Assembly (NCBI RefSeq): GCF_003018255.1
Contig: NZ_CP027440.1
Strand: one strand, 5' to 3'
Length of the DNA stretch: 64,000 nucleotides
Origin: Escherichia coli
GTDB lineage: Bacteria; Pseudomonadota; Gammaproteobacteria; Enterobacterales; Enterobacteriaceae
Shown: positions 47,729 through 60,067 of the stretch, one piece after another
How positions within the stretch are numbered: position 1 is the stretch's first letter
How the letters are laid out: each line of letters starts with the position of its first letter
The notes under the pieces: generated by a model
What the model was told of the DNA's origin: nothing
What the model saw: only the letters and a program-made list of their open reading frames with translations
The model's database searches: none
Made by a program: the position numbers and the translations under genes

Positions 47729-48123
47729 GCAACGACACGCCATTTGATGCGTTGTGGCAACGAATGCTGGCGCGCGGCTGGACGCCGGTCAGTGAATCCC
47801 GCCTTGAGGACTGGCTCACGCAAGCGCCAGACGGCGTGGTGTTATTAAGCAGTGACCCGAAACGCACGCCAGAGGTCAGCGATAATCCGGTAATGATTGG
47901 CGAATTATTGCGCGAGTTTCCAGACTTTACATGGCAGGTAGCGATTGCTGACCTTGAGCAGAGCGAAGCCATCGGCGATCGCTTTGGCGTCTTTCGCTTT
48001 CCCGCCACATTAGTATTTACCGGCGGAAACTATCGCGGCGTGCTGAATGGTATTCACCCGTGGGCGGAACTGATAAACCTGATGCGCGGGCTTGTCGAAC
48101 CGCAGCAGGAGCGTGCCTCATGA
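47725..48123 (+). CDS. hyaE: hydrogenase 1 operon protein HyaE (thioredoxin-like chaperone)
   Basis: 132 aa; 4-nt overlaps with hyaD and hyaF. Confidence 0.9.
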   Translation: MSNDTPFDALWQRMLARGWTPVSESRLEDWLTQAPDGVVLLSSDPKRTPEVSDNPVMIGELLREFPDFTWQVAIADLEQSEAIGDRFGVFRFPATLVFTGGNYRGVLNGIHPWAELINLMRGLVEPQQERAS

Positions 48124-48977
48124 GCGAAACTTTTTTCCATCTGCTGGGGCCAGGAACGCAACCGAACGATGACAGTTTCAGCATGAATCCACTGCCGATC
48201 ACCTGTCAGGTGAATGATGAACCGAGTATGGCGGCCCTGGAGCAATGTGCTCACAGCCCGCAGGTGATTGCGCTATTAAACGAGTTACAACATCAACTAA
48301 GCGAGCGCCAGCCGCCGCTGGGCGAGGTGCTGGCAGTCGATCTGTTAAATCTCAACGCCGACGATCGTCACTTTATCAATACGCTTCTCGGGGAAGGGGA
48401 AGTGTCAGTGCGCATTCAGCAGGCTGACGACAGTGAAAGTGAAATACAGGAGGCGATCTTCTGCGGATTATGGCGGGTGCGCAGACGTCGTGGCGAACAG
48501 TTGCTGGAAGACAAACTGGAGGCTGGCTGCGCACCGCTGGCGTTGTGGCAGGCGGCAACGCAAAACGTCTTGCCAACAGACTCGTTGCTACCGCCGCCCA
48601 TCGATGGCCTGATGAATGGCCTACCGTTGGCCCATGAATTACTGGCACATGTACGTAACCCCGACGCGCAGCCGCACAGCATTAATCTGACGCAATTGCC
48701 CATCAGCGAAGCTGACCGGCTTTTTCTCTCACGTCTCTGTGGGCCGGGAAATATTCAGATTCGTACCATTGGCTATGGCGAGAGCTATATCAACGCCACG
48801 GGGTTACGCCATGTCTGGCATTTACGCTGTACGGACACCTTAAAAGGCCCGTTAATGGAAAGTTATGAAATCTGCCCAATACCGGAAGTGGTGCTGGCAG
48901 CGCCAGAAGATTTGGTCGACTCTGCGCAGCGGCTTAGCGAGGTATGTCAGTGGCTGGCGGAAGGTGCACCGACGTAA
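48120..48977 (+). CDS. hyaF: hydrogenase 1 operon protein HyaF
   Basis: ORF track 48060..48977; start at ATG 48120 giving [18 protein letters not shown]. Confidence 0.9.
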   Translation: MSETFFHLLGPGTQPNDDSFSMNPLPITCQVNDEPSMAALEQCAHSPQVIALLNELQHQLSERQPPLGEVLAVDLLNLNADDRHFINTLLGEGEVSVRIQQADDSESEIQEAIFCGLWRVRRRRGEQLLEDKLEAGCAPLALWQAATQNVLPTDSLLPPPIDGLMNGLPLAHELLAHVRNPDAQPHSINLTQLPISEADRLFLSRLCGPGNIQIRTIGYGESYINATGLRHVWHLRCTDTLKGPLMESYEICPIPEVVLAAPEDLVDSAQRLSEVCQWLAEGAPT

Positions 48978-49110
48978 AAAGACGGTAAGTATCGCTTTCA
49001 GTCTTATGAATATCGCAATCGGCGAATACCTCTGGTCGTAGAGTTTCAGGATAAAGAGGGAGATCTACCATTATCGGGTTATTTTTCTCTCTTCGCCTAC
49101 AGGAGTGCGC

Positions 49111-50655
49111 ATGTGGGATGTCATTGATTTATCGCGCTGGCAGTTTGCACTGACCGCGCTGTATCACTTTTTATTTGTACCCCTTACCCTGGGGCTGATT
49201 TTTTTGCTGGCTATCATGGAAACCATTTACGTGGTCACCGGCAAAACAATCTACCGCGATATGACGCGCTTCTGGGGTAAGCTCTTCGGTATCAACTTTG
49301 CTCTTGGCGTGGCTACCGGCCTGACCATGGAGTTTCAGTTTGGTACTAACTGGTCATTCTATTCCAACTATGTGGGCGATATTTTTGGCGCACCGCTGGC
49401 GATGGAAGCATTAATGGCCTTCTTCCTCGAATCCACCTTTGTCGGGCTGTTCTTCTTCGGCTGGCAGCGGCTGAATAAATACCAGCACCTGCTGGTGACG
49501 TGGCTGGTGGCGTTCGGTTCAAATCTCTCTGCATTGTGGATATTGAATGCCAACGGTTGGATGCAATACCCGACCGGTGCGCATTTTGATATCGACACCC
49601 TGCGTATGGAGATGACCAGTTTCAGCGAGTTGGTCTTTAACCCGGTCAGCCAGGTGAAATTTGTGCACACCGTAATGGCGGGCTACGTGACCGGGGCCAT
49701 GTTTATTATGGCGATCAGCGCCTGGTATTTACTGCGCGGACGGGAGCGCGATGTTGCATTACGCTCGTTTGCCATCGGTTCCGTCTTCGGTACTCTGGCG
49801 ATTATCGGCACGCTGCAACTCGGAGACAGTTCTGCGTATGAAGTCGCGCAAGTACAACCGGTAAAACTGGCGGCGATGGAAGGGGAGTGGCAAACGGAAC
49901 CTGCACCTGCACCGTTCCATGTGGTTGCCTGGCCGGAACAGGATCAAGAGCGTAACGCCTTTGCTATCAAAATTCCCGCGCTGCTAGGGATCCTCGCCAC
50001 TCACTCATTAGATAAACCCGTGCCGGGTCTGAAGAATTTGATGGCTGAAACCTACCCACGCTTGCAACGCGGACGTATGGCCTGGCTGTTAATGCAGGAA
50101 ATATCGCAAGGCAATCGAGAGCCGCATGTGTTGCAGGCATTCCGGGAGCTGGAAGGCGACCTGGGCTACGGCATGTTGCTCTCCCGCTATGCGCCGGATA
50201 TGAATCATGTCACAGCCGCACAGTACCAGGCGGCGATGCGTGGCGCGATACCTCAGGTTGCGCCGGTATTCTGGAGTTTCCGCATCATGGTGGGCTGTGG
50301 TTCCCTGCTGCTACTGGTGATGCTGATTGCGCTTGTCCAGACGCTGCGTGGCAAAATCGACCAGCATCGCTGGGTGCTGAAAATGGCGCTCTGGAGTTTG
50401 CCGCTGCCGTGGATTGCGATTGAAGCCGGGTGGTTTATGACCGAGTTTGGTCGTCAGCCGTGGGCGATACAGGACATCTTACCGACATACTCCGCGCACT
50501 CCGCCTTAACCACAGGACAACTGGCTTTCTCACTGATCATGATCGTAGGGCTTTACACCCTGTTCTTAATCGCCGAAGTCTACCTGATGCAGAAATATGC
50601 CCGTCTGGGGCCGAGCGCGATGCAGAGTGAACAACCGACGCAGCAACAGGGGTAA
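49111..50655 (+). CDS. appC: cytochrome bd-II ubiquinol oxidase subunit I
   Basis: ORF track 49105..50655; start giving [20 protein letters not shown]. Confidence 0.95.
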
Positions 50656-50666
50656 AGGAGAAAATC

Positions 50667-51803
50667 ATGTTTGATTATGAAACATTGCGCTTCATCTGGT
50701 GGCTGCTGATTGGCGTGATCCTGGTGGTCTTTATGATATCCGACGGATTTGACATGGGGATCGGCTGTCTGCTGCCGCTGGTGGCGCGTAATGATGATGA
50801 ACGTCGGATAGTGATAAACAGCGTTGGCGCGCACTGGGAAGGCAATCAGGTCTGGTTAATCCTCGCAGGTGGCGCATTATTTGCCGCCTGGCCCAGAGTG
50901 TATGCAGCGGCGTTTTCCGGCTTTTATGTGGCGATGATTCTGGTGCTGTGCTCGCTGTTCTTCCGCCCGCTGGCCTTTGATTATCGCGGAAAAATCGCCG
51001 ATGCACGCTGGCGTAAAATGTGGGATGCCGGACTGGTCATCGGCAGTCTGGTGCCGCCGGTAGTCTTCGGTATCGCCTTCGGCAACTTGCTGCTCGGCGT
51101 GCCGTTTGCCTTCACACCGCAATTACGCGTGGAATATCTCGGCAGTTTTTGGCAACTGCTGACGCCATTCCCTTTATTGTGCGGATTGCTCAGCCTTGGG
51201 ATGGTGATTTTGCAAGGTGGCGTCTGGTTACAACTGAAAACTGTTGGTGTGATTCATCTGCGTTCACAGCTGGCGACTAAACGCGCTGCACTACTGGTGA
51301 TGCTGTGCTTTTTGCTGGCGGGTTACTGGCTGTGGGTCGGTATTGATGGCTTTGTACTGCTCGCCCAGGATGCTAACGGTCCTTCCAATCCGTTAATGAA
51401 ACTGGTGGCAGTGCTACCTGGTGCCTGGATGAATAATTTCGTCGAATCGCCCGTTTTGTGGATCTTCCCGCTGCTGGGGTTCTTCTGCCCATTGCTGACG
51501 GTGATGGCGATTTATCGTGGTCGCCCGGGTTGGGGATTTTTGATGGCGTCATTGATGCAATTTGGCGTGATTTTCACGGCAGGCATCACGCTGTTCCCCT
51601 TTGTCATGCCGTCAAGCGTGAGTCCGATCTCCAGCCTGACGTTGTGGGACAGCACTTCCAGTCAGCTGACGCTGAGCATTATGTTGGTAATCGTGCTGAT
51701 ATTTTTGCCCATTGTGTTGCTCTACACTCTCTGGAGCTACTACAAAATGTGGGGGCGCATGACGACAGAAACTCTCCGCCGTAACGAAAACGAGCTGTAC
51801 TAA
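50667..51803 (+). CDS. appB: cytochrome bd-II ubiquinol oxidase subunit II
   Basis: 378 aa; [23 protein letters not shown]. Confidence 0.95.
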
Positions 51804-51815
51804 GGAGCAGGAACA

Positions 51816-51908
51816 ATGTGGTATTTACTTTGGTTCGTCGGCATTTTGTTGATGTGTTCGCTCTCCACCCTTGTGTTGGTATGGCTGGACCCGCGTCTGA
51901 AAAGTTAA
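51816..51908 (+). CDS. appX: cytochrome bd-II small subunit AppX (30 aa; below the ORF-track cutoff)
   Basis: read from DNA: MWYLLWFVGILLMCSLSTLVLVWLDPRLKS, preceded by aaggag RBS. Confidence 0.85.
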   Translation: MWYLLWFVGILLMCSLSTLVLVWLDPRLKS

Positions 51909-51987
51909 CGAACGTAAGCCTGATGTGGCGCATTAGCATCTCATCAGGCAATCAATAATGTCAGATATGAAAAGCGGAAACATATCG

Positions 51988-53286
51988 ATGAAAGCGATCT
52001 TAATCCCATTTTTATCTCTTCTGATTCCGTTAACCCCGCAATCTGCATTCGCTCAGAGTGAGCCGGAGCTGAAGCTGGAAAGTGTGGTGATTGTCAGTCG
52101 TCATGGTGTGCGTGCACCAACCAAGGCCACGCAACTGATGCAGGATGTCACCCCAGACGCATGGCCAACCTGGCCGGTAAAACTGGGTTGGCTGACACCG
52201 CGCGGTGGTGAGCTGATCGCCTATCTCGGACATTACCAACGCCAGCGTCTGGTGGCTGACGGATTGCTGGCGAAAAAGGGCTGCCCGCAGCTTGGTCAGG
52301 TCGCGATTATTGCTGATGTCGACGAGCGTACCCGTAAAACAGGCGAAGCCTTCGCCGCCGGGCTGGCACCTGACTGTGCAATAACCGTACATACCCAGGC
52401 AGATACCTCCAGTCCCGATCCGTTATTTAATCCCCTAAAAACTGGCGTTTGCCAACTGGATAATGCGAACGTGACTGACGCGATCCTCAGCAGGGCAGGA
52501 GGGTCAATTGCTGACTTTACCGGGCATCGGCAAACGGCGTTTCGCGAACTGGAACGAGTGCTTAATTTTCCGCAATCAAACTTGTGCCTTAACCGTGAGA
52601 AACAGGACGAAAGCTGTTCATTAACGCAGGCATTACCATCGGAACTCAAGGTGAGCGCCGACAATGTCTCATTAACCGGTGCGGTAAGCCTCGCATCAAT
52701 GCTGACGGAGATATTTCTCCTGCAACAGGCACAAGGAATGCCGGAGCCGGGGTGGGGAAGGATCACTGATTCACACCAGTGGAACACCTTGCTAAGTTTG
52801 CATAACGCGCAATTTTATTTACTACAACGCACGCCAGAGGTTGCCCGCAGTCGCGCCACCCCGTTATTGGATTTGATCATGGCAGCGTTGACGCCCCATC
52901 CACCGCAAAAACAGGCGTATGGTGTGACATTACCCACTTCAGTGCTGTTTATTGCCGGACACGATACTAATCTGGCAAATCTCGGCGGCGCACTGGAGCT
53001 CAACTGGACGCTTCCAGGTCAGCCGGATAACACACCGCCAGGGGGTGAACTGGTGTTTGAACGCTGGCGTCGGCTAAGCGATAACAGCCAGTGGATTCAG
53101 GTTTCGCTGGTCTTCCAGACTTTACAGCAGATGCGTGATAAAACGCCGCTGTCATTAAATACGCCGCCCGGAGAGGTGAAACTGACCCTGGCAGGATGTG
53201 AAGAGCGAAATGCGCAGGGCATGTGTTCGTTGGCAGGTTTTACGCAAATCGTGAATGAAGCACGCATACCGGCGTGCAGTTTGTAA
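51988..53286 (+). CDS. appA: periplasmic phytase / acid phosphatase (histidine acid phosphatase family)
   Basis: ORF track 51958..53286; start at ATG 51988 giving MKAILIPFLSLLIPLTPQSAFA signal; RHGVRAP active-site motif. Confidence 0.95.
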   Translation: MKAILIPFLSLLIPLTPQSAFAQSEPELKLESVVIVSRHGVRAPTKATQLMQDVTPDAWPTWPVKLGWLTPRGGELIAYLGHYQRQRLVADGLLAKKGCPQLGQVAIIADVDERTRKTGEAFAAGLAPDCAITVHTQADTSSPDPLFNPLKTGVCQLDNANVTDAILSRAGGSIADFTGHRQTAFRELERVLNFPQSNLCLNREKQDESCSLTQALPSELKVSADNVSLTGAVSLASMLTEIFLLQQAQGMPEPGWGRITDSHQWNTLLSLHNAQFYLLQRTPEVARSRATPLLDLIMAALTPHPPQKQAYGVTLPTSVLFIAGHDTNLANLGGALELNWTLPGQPDNTPPGGELVFERWRRLSDNSQWIQVSLVFQTLQQMRDKTPLSLNTPPGEVKLTLAGCEERNAQGMCSLAGFTQIVNEARIPACSL

Positions 53287-53291
53287 TGCAT

Positions 53292-53322
53292 AAAAAAGAG
53301 CATTCAGTTATCTGAATGCTCT
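53292..53322 (+). terminator. rho-independent terminator of the app operon
   Basis: stem agagcattcag-ttat-ctgaatgctct flanked by A6. Confidence 0.7.
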
Positions 53323-53353
53323 GAGGCTGATGACAAACGAAGAACTGTCTAAT

Positions 53354-53390
53354 GCGTAGACCGGAAAAGGCGTTCACGCCCCATCCGGCC
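53354..53390. repeat. single REP element
   Basis: gcgtagaccggaaaaggcgttcacgccccatccggcc, REP-like palindrome between convergent appA and etk. Confidence 0.7.
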
Positions 53391-53405
53391 ACCTTACCTT
53401 CAGTT

Positions 53406-55586
53406 TTACTCTTTCTCGGAGTAACTATAACCGTAATAGTTATAGCCGTAACTGTAAGCGGTGCTGGCGCGTTTAATCACACCATTGAGGATTGCGCCTT
53501 TAATATTAACGCCAGCCTGTTCCAGACGCTGCATTGACAAGCTCACCTCTTTGGCGGTGTTCAAGCCAAAACGCGCAACCAGCAGGCTGGTGCCGACAGA
53601 GCGTCCCACGACCGCAGCATCGCTCACCGCCAGCATCGGCGGCGTATCGACAATCACCAGATCGTAATGGTCGTTCGCCCATTCCAGTAATTGACGCATC
53701 CGATCGCGCATCAGCAGTTCAGACGGGTTAGGTGGCACCTGACCGCGAGTAATCACATCAAAGCCTCCTTTGCTAAAATGCTGGATCACTTTGTTGAGCT
53801 CATCTTTACCTGCCAGATATTCCGACAAGCCATGTTCATTACTCACGGTAAACAGGTTATGCGAATAACCACGGCGTAAGTCGGCATCAATAAATAACAC
53901 TTTTTGATCGGACTGGGCGATCACCGCTGCCAGAGTTGAACTGACAAACGTTTTACCACTGTCTGGCGTCGCACCGGTGATCATCAGAATATTATTCTCA
54001 GTCTCCATCATAGCGAAATGCAGACTGGTTCGTAGCGCACGTACGGCCTCCACAGCAGAATCCGCCGGGTTATCCACCGCCAGGAAGGGGATATTTTTAG
54101 TACGATGGCGCTGCTGATTAGAAAATAAATTTTTCTTACGCAGACGGGTACGTTTATCCAGCCACTCGGACATTGGGATAGTGGCATAAACGCTGATGCC
54201 GTGCTCTTCCAGTTGTTCCGGGGCTTCTACACCACGACGCAACATCGCACGCGCCAGCACGGCACCCACCGAAATAAACAGGCCAAGAATAAAACCAAGC
54301 ACCACATTCAACGCTTTTTTCGGTTTCACTGGCTGCGGCTGAGTGACTGCCGGGTCGATAATCCGCACGTTACCAATCGCACTGGATTTCGAAATACTCA
54401 ACTCCTGCTGGCGGTTAAGTAATTGCAGATATACCGCACGGCCCGCTTCTACGTCACGGCTTAAACGCAATACTTCCTGTTGAGTGGAAGGCATTGCCGA
54501 TACCCGCTTATTCAGGCGTTTGCGTTCTTGCTCCAGCGTCTGGCGTTTTTCCAGTAGCGCACGATAAGTTGGGTGATCTTTCTTGTACAGCTGGGAGATC
54601 TCTGCCTCGCGGAAGGTCAGCTCATTGAGTTGATTATCAACGTTAACAATCTGCTCAAGAACGGCTTTGGCTTCCAGGTTAAGGTCAACCGAATCGCGCT
54701 GTTGGCGATAAACGTTGAGTTTTTCTTCCGCCTGGTCCAGCTCGCTGCGTACTTCAGGCAACTGGCGCTGTAAGAACTCAAGGCTTTGTGAATCCTGCGC
54801 CGCCTGGCGAGCGATATTCTGTTGCAAATAGTTGTTAGCGATGCTGTTCAGAATACGGGTAATCAACTGGGGATCATCACCGGTCATGGTAAGTTCCAGC
54901 ATCCCGCTTTCTTTACTGCGTTCGCTAACGGTAAAGGTTTCCTGCAGGGCGTTAATCGCTTCCAGTTCGGTGCGCTGGCTCAGGACAAACTGTGTTCCTG
55001 CTTTGGCCTTAATGTCCGCGATAGTCAGCGCAACGCCGTCTTTTTCCAGACGCTGGCCGACCATACCATTGACGGTGAACCCTTCACCTTCCAGCGTATA
55101 GTGGCCGTTTTCCCCAACTGTGAGTGTCAGTTGCTGATCCTGACCATTCAGTTGTGGGATGTGCATCCAGCTGATCGCCAGCTCACCTGGTTTCTCTTTG
55201 GTTAATCTCGCCCAGCCGCGACCCACAATAGGAAAATACTTCTGCTCAACCATGTCGCGCAGATTCAGTTCAGCAATGGTTTTACCGAGAATCATGCGCG
55301 ATTGCAGCAGTTGGATCTCCGGTGCTGACTCGGGCGATGAGTTAGGGATCATATCGCTCAGGCCGCTGAGAATGGCGTTGCCCTGTTTCTGCTCAACCTG
55401 GACCAGAGTATCTGCCTGATAAATTGGCGTGCTTAACAGCGAGTAAGCGACAGCGATCAGCGTGAACAACGCGGTCACGCTGACAATAAACTTACGGTGA
55501 TCCCATAACTCGCCGACCAGACGAAGCAGATCGATCTCATTTTCCTGAGTGCTGCCTGGTGGCGTATTCATATTTTTAGTTGTCAT
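53406..55586 (-). CDS. etk: BY-kinase (protein tyrosine autokinase / capsule co-polymerase) Etk
   Basis: 726 aa; Wzc-like with C-terminal Tyr-rich tail (YSYGYNYYGYSYSEKE) and Walker A (GATPDSGKT). Confidence 0.93.
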   Translation of the reverse strand: MTTKNMNTPPGSTQENEIDLLRLVGELWDHRKFIVSVTALFTLIAVAYSLLSTPIYQADTLVQVEQKQGNAILSGLSDMIPNSSPESAPEIQLLQSRMILGKTIAELNLRDMVEQKYFPIVGRGWARLTKEKPGELAISWMHIPQLNGQDQQLTLTVGENGHYTLEGEGFTVNGMVGQRLEKDGVALTIADIKAKAGTQFVLSQRTELEAINALQETFTVSERSKESGMLELTMTGDDPQLITRILNSIANNYLQQNIARQAAQDSQSLEFLQRQLPEVRSELDQAEEKLNVYRQQRDSVDLNLEAKAVLEQIVNVDNQLNELTFREAEISQLYKKDHPTYRALLEKRQTLEQERKRLNKRVSAMPSTQQEVLRLSRDVEAGRAVYLQLLNRQQELSISKSSAIGNVRIIDPAVTQPQPVKPKKALNVVLGFILGLFISVGAVLARAMLRRGVEAPEQLEEHGISVYATIPMSEWLDKRTRLRKKNLFSNQQRHRTKNIPFLAVDNPADSAVEAVRALRTSLHFAMMETENNILMITGATPDSGKTFVSSTLAAVIAQSDQKVLFIDADLRRGYSHNLFTVSNEHGLSEYLAGKDELNKVIQHFSKGGFDVITRGQVPPNPSELLMRDRMRQLLEWANDHYDLVIVDTPPMLAVSDAAVVGRSVGTSLLVARFGLNTAKEVSLSMQRLEQAGVNIKGAILNGVIKRASTAYSYGYNYYGYSYSEKE

Positions 55587-55605
55587 CGTATTTTATAAAC
55601 TCAAA

Positions 55606-56052
55606 TTACCGGCTGAGGCGCTTCGCCCATTCCTGACTGGCGCGCTCCAACATACCGTAGACATGTTCAAATGCGTCCTGACTTTTACGATAGGGATCCG
55701 GGATCTCTTTCTGTTCCAGCCATTGCCCAAACAGCATTGTCTTCCCGCGGACCTCGGGAGCGATTGCGGTAACCTGAGCAATATGTTCCGACTCCATTGC
55801 CAGAATCAGATCGTAATTTCGTGCCATCTCAGCAGTGAGCTTACGTCCGGCATGTCCTTCAAGAGATACGCCATGATTTGCGGCAACATCTGCTGCTGTC
55901 GCATCTGCAGGGTGTTTTACCAGACCATGAACACCTGCCGATTTGACTTTTACGCCTGGCAGACGTTTACGCAGCAAGCGCTCGCCAATGGGCGAACGGC
56001 AAATGTTGCCGGTACAAACCACCAGGATTGAGTTAAATTTTAGTTGGGCCAT
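55606..56052 (-). CDS. etp: low-molecular-weight phosphotyrosine protein phosphatase Etp
   Basis: ORF track 55606..56133; start giving [24 protein letters not shown] (CX5R P-loop). Confidence 0.92.
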
Positions 56053-57179
56053 GTTTGAATCCACCGTGAAGTCTCTGTCAGGTCGTGCACCCCGGAAATC
56101 GTCGGTACCAGCAGAGAAATCACACGGTTCCAACGAGCCAGCGGCGCGGTAGTGACATAAACAATGTCGTAAGGTTCAAGCTGGAATTCCGTTCCGAGTA
56201 TCATTGCCGATGCGTCCTTCGCATTCAGCTGATAAATATTGGCGATTTTGCCATTCTGCTTGTTTTGCGTTGCACGAATAACAAAAATCCCCGTCGCATC
56301 AGCGACATCCTGATTCATACCCTCAGCGTTACCCAGCGCTTCCGCCAGGGTCATACCGCTGCGGTCCATTTTCAGCGTGCTCTGTTTACCCACTTCACCC
56401 ATCACGAAGACTTTCAGATCATCGTTGCGCGGAATAAATAAAATATCGCCCGGGTGCAGCAGTTTGTTCTGGCGCAAGTCGCCACGCTGCATCAGCGCAT
56501 AGAGGTTCACTTTGGTCTTTACGCCATTCTGGGTGAGCACCACGTTGCGCCAGTCTGCATCTGCGGTCAGACCGCCCGCGGCGTTAATCGCATCCATGAT
56601 GGTCAGAGGAATATTGGTAATCGGCTGCTGACCCGATTTGCTGACTTCGCCGGTGACGTACGCTTTTTGCGAGCGGAACGCCGCGACGCTGACATCGACT
56701 TGCGGGCTTTCAATGACTGAATCCAGACGCGCTGTAATCTCGTTGCGTACCTGGGTAAGCGTTTTCCCGGCCACTTTCAGGCGACCAATATAAGGGTAGA
56801 AAATTGCACCATCAGCGTTAACCCAGTTGCCGGTATCACTGGCGCTACGGTATTGCCCTGCGGGGGTGGTTAGTTCCGGGTGATCCCAGACCGTAACCAT
56901 CAACACATCCCCAATGCCGATACGATATTCATAGTTCGCGATTTGCTGCTCCAGCTCCGGATTAGCCTGCGACATAATCGGTTTGGCGCGCAGCTGATCA
57001 ATCAATCCTGGCGTGACGGGATAGATATTGACCATTTTGTCCAGGTCATACTGATTGTCAGGTAGTTCAATGACATCCTTGTTACTGGTCGATAAATTCT
57101 GACCAGGAACAAGGGTACATGCTGTCAAAGACAGAACAGCCAATGTCAGTACCGAAAACTTAAAAATGTTCTTTTTCAT
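56040..57179 (-). CDS. gfcE: Wza-like outer-membrane polysaccharide export lipoprotein GfcE
   Basis: ORF track 56040..57200; start giving [21 protein letters not shown] lipobox. Confidence 0.92.
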
Positions 57180-57224
57180 TGGTTTATATTTATCAGTCAA
57201 TGTAATGTTATGAATTACGTCAGG

Positions 57225-59321
57225 TTATTGTCCAACCGGTACTTCTCGCTCTGCCGTCATTGGATAGAGCTGGTATTTACGTGACAGCATTTGTCCACCA
57301 TCACGCGTCAATGGTGTCCACGAAACCACCGCGCGGTTGCGGTTAGGTCCAATGGTCATCAAGTCGAACGGAATCGAGATATAAAAACCTTTACTAAAGC
57401 CGCCTTCGCCGTAGTCATCTTTTGATACGTTACTGATTGCCGCCCATACCCCTACTGCCACGCCGCTGTCAAAGCGTTTGGCGACGTCGATCGTTGCACC
57501 TTTATCTTTTGCCAGATATTGCCCAACGCTAAGTTTCATCAGTACGCCATTGAGCGTCGGCGGGTTCCAGTAAGCCGTCACGAAACCTGTTGGCGTAGAA
57601 TAATCGGTGAAGCGCATCATGTTGTCCCAGTCACGCTGCTTCACGTAGTTAACGTCCACACCCAGCGCCCAGCTGGCATCTAGCGGGCGATAAAGCAGCT
57701 CGGAACCGACACCGGCATACATCGTTTCCAGATAACCGCCATACACCTGGCCATAGAAACCGTTGCCTAAGTCGGCAAAGTAGTTCGCTTGCAAGTTGTT
57801 GAGATAAACGTCATTGCGAACGTAATCACGGATATGCGTGCGCACGCGGGGCAGGGTAGAGTCCGCGGGTAATAGCGAAGACTTAAACTTGTCGTAGTTA
57901 TTGTAAATATTGGTGAAAATACCGCCATCAAGCAGCAGGTGGTCGGTAAACCAGTAGCGGGCGCTGGACATCAGCCCCAGCTGGAACATATAGAAATCTT
58001 CCGGGCCGCCCAGCGACTGTGAAAGTGTTGGGTTGAAAGAGTAGCTAAAGCGATCTTCACGAATACGGTAGCCCCGACCAAAGGCAGAAAGATCTTCAGC
58101 TTCAACACGTTGTTGTTGCAGTGGCTCTGATTGACCAGGCGCTGTACCGGCCAGTTGTTTGCGCAGGCTGGCTACGTCGGTTTCGGTAGTCACCATCGCC
58201 ATATGCTCGCGCTTTTGCGTCACACTAATCTTCTCAACGCCTTGCGGCAGGTTATTCACCAGAATCCGGTTGGCACGATCGACCGCTTCGCGAGAGTCAC
58301 GGTATTTGTATTGCTGACCAGACATATACAGCGTCTTATCGCGTAGCTGAATTTCTGGCGCGTCAAAGCCCGCGTTATACTTCAGGGCGGTAAGTTGGTT
58401 TGCTACCGTGGTGTACTGCAATCCTTCAGATTCCGGCGCAGGTTGATATGCCGGTTTTGGCGTATCGCGCAGGGCAGGGCGCAGATCGTTGAAATTGGTC
58501 CGTAACGTGAAGCCAAACATCAACGTGTTACCGCGTTCATAACTCAGGTTGAGATCTGCCCAACTGGCAGCGCGATAAACTGCGCCGACGTTGAAATGGC
58601 TTGCCTGCGGCAATTTGCCCGCAAAATCATTCTGGTAATTGTTGCCATCGTATTCGAGTTTCAGACGCAGAGGATTCCACGGCGTTTGATACTCAATACC
58701 GCCCAAAATAGAGGCTGGACCACGAAAGATATCGCTAAAGCTGATATCTCCCGCATCGTGAGACTCTGCGCGATGGCAATATTTATCGCTTACCCGACAA
58801 AACGGGTTGGTAATATTGCCCGCATTACCGGCGTAGCCCCAGGCCATCCCGAGGGTGAAATCGAACGGGCCCGCTTGCTTGCTGGCCACCAAATATTCAC
58901 CGTCAAACAGACCCGTACCAGCAATATCACGTTTACCAAACGCCACTTGCGGTAGCCAGTAACCTTCTTCCCACAGGCGAAGTTTAAAATCGAAAGATTT
59001 GTCTTTGTATGACTGATCGCCGCTGAAATCTTCCCACTGGCTATATTTGCGTGTGCGCACATCCGTATAACGAATGGTGCCTTCCAGCCATGGGAACAGC
59101 GCCACGGAGGTGGAGTAGAAACGGTATTGATCGTTATCCCGGTAGTTTACGCTGAATTCACCTTCCGGTGCGATGCGCGCATTTGGCATCTGCAACAATC
59201 CTGTGCCGCCAAAGTCTGATTGCGACGAACCCAGCGGATCCGGATAGGTTAATACTTCAGCATGACAGGCACTGGAGACGGCAATGGCCAGGCAGCTTAA
59301 AAGATAAGAGTTCTTCTTCAT
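57225..59321 (-). CDS. gfcD: outer membrane beta-barrel protein GfcD (YmcA)
   Basis: 698 aa with signal peptide; sequence recognised. Confidence 0.9.
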   Translation of the reverse strand: MKKNSYLLSCLAIAVSSACHAEVLTYPDPLGSSQSDFGGTGLLQMPNARIAPEGEFSVNYRDNDQYRFYSTSVALFPWLEGTIRYTDVRTRKYSQWEDFSGDQSYKDKSFDFKLRLWEEGYWLPQVAFGKRDIAGTGLFDGEYLVASKQAGPFDFTLGMAWGYAGNAGNITNPFCRVSDKYCHRAESHDAGDISFSDIFRGPASILGGIEYQTPWNPLRLKLEYDGNNYQNDFAGKLPQASHFNVGAVYRAASWADLNLSYERGNTLMFGFTLRTNFNDLRPALRDTPKPAYQPAPESEGLQYTTVANQLTALKYNAGFDAPEIQLRDKTLYMSGQQYKYRDSREAVDRANRILVNNLPQGVEKISVTQKREHMAMVTTETDVASLRKQLAGTAPGQSEPLQQQRVEAEDLSAFGRGYRIREDRFSYSFNPTLSQSLGGPEDFYMFQLGLMSSARYWFTDHLLLDGGIFTNIYNNYDKFKSSLLPADSTLPRVRTHIRDYVRNDVYLNNLQANYFADLGNGFYGQVYGGYLETMYAGVGSELLYRPLDASWALGVDVNYVKQRDWDNMMRFTDYSTPTGFVTAYWNPPTLNGVLMKLSVGQYLAKDKGATIDVAKRFDSGVAVGVWAAISNVSKDDYGEGGFSKGFYISIPFDLMTIGPNRNRAVVSWTPLTRDGGQMLSRKYQLYPMTAEREVPVGQ

Positions 59322-60067
59322 CAGTCAGGAACACGTTGCGTTAAAACAGACACAATCTGGTCATTTAAATCAGCATATTTTTCGGGCAGTACATGCGCAG
59401 AAAAGCCTAACCAAAGCTGGCTGCCAGGCGGTGGTTCCACATGTCTTTTATTCCACAGGGCAACAGGGGCGACGACAGCCTCACCCTCAGGCGTAATCAC
59501 CATAACGTTATTCTTGTCCGCGCCTGCAAGACGGGTGTGATCTTGCAGATAATCGGTAACGCTACGGCCTGCCAGCCAGGGCAATTGCCCAGCCCCAGAA
59601 ACCGCACCTAGCAGAGTAATAGTCACCGGACGCTGTACGGTATAGAGCGTATAGTCCCCGACCAGCGGGGGATTGCTGTTCTCATCCACTCGTACAAAAT
59701 CAGGGTCCAGTTTGACCGGTAAGCGACCAGTGATATTGAGATTGAGTAACTGCTGGCGCACGGATTTAATCGTTGCCACCACATCGTCGTCAGCTTCTGC
59801 TTCCCAGGAAGCAAGCTGTGCCATGACATGTTGGTAGTCTTTAAGCGCTTTAGCTTTCGCCGCAGAGTCGGTCAGCAAGGCACCAGGCCACCAGAGGCGA
59901 TCGCGCAGTTGCGGTTGTGTCACCAACTGGACAACATTTTCCACGGGGCCAACGGAAAGTGTCTGTTGTTCGCCAGGCAGATAAATAGTCACCGTTCCTT
60001 GCGCAAAGGCATGGGGTGTCATTACGTAAAGTACGCTGGCAATGAAATACGACTGTAATTTATTCAT
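59321..60067 (-). CDS. gfcC: periplasmic protein GfcC (YmcB)
   Basis: 248 aa with signal peptide; operon position. Confidence 0.9.
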   Translation of the reverse strand: MNKLQSYFIASVLYVMTPHAFAQGTVTIYLPGEQQTLSVGPVENVVQLVTQPQLRDRLWWPGALLTDSAAKAKALKDYQHVMAQLASWEAEADDDVVATIKSVRQQLLNLNITGRLPVKLDPDFVRVDENSNPPLVGDYTLYTVQRPVTITLLGAVSGAGQLPWLAGRSVTDYLQDHTRLAGADKNNVMVITPEGEAVVAPVALWNKRHVEPPPGSQLWLGFSAHVLPEKYADLNDQIVSVLTQRVPD

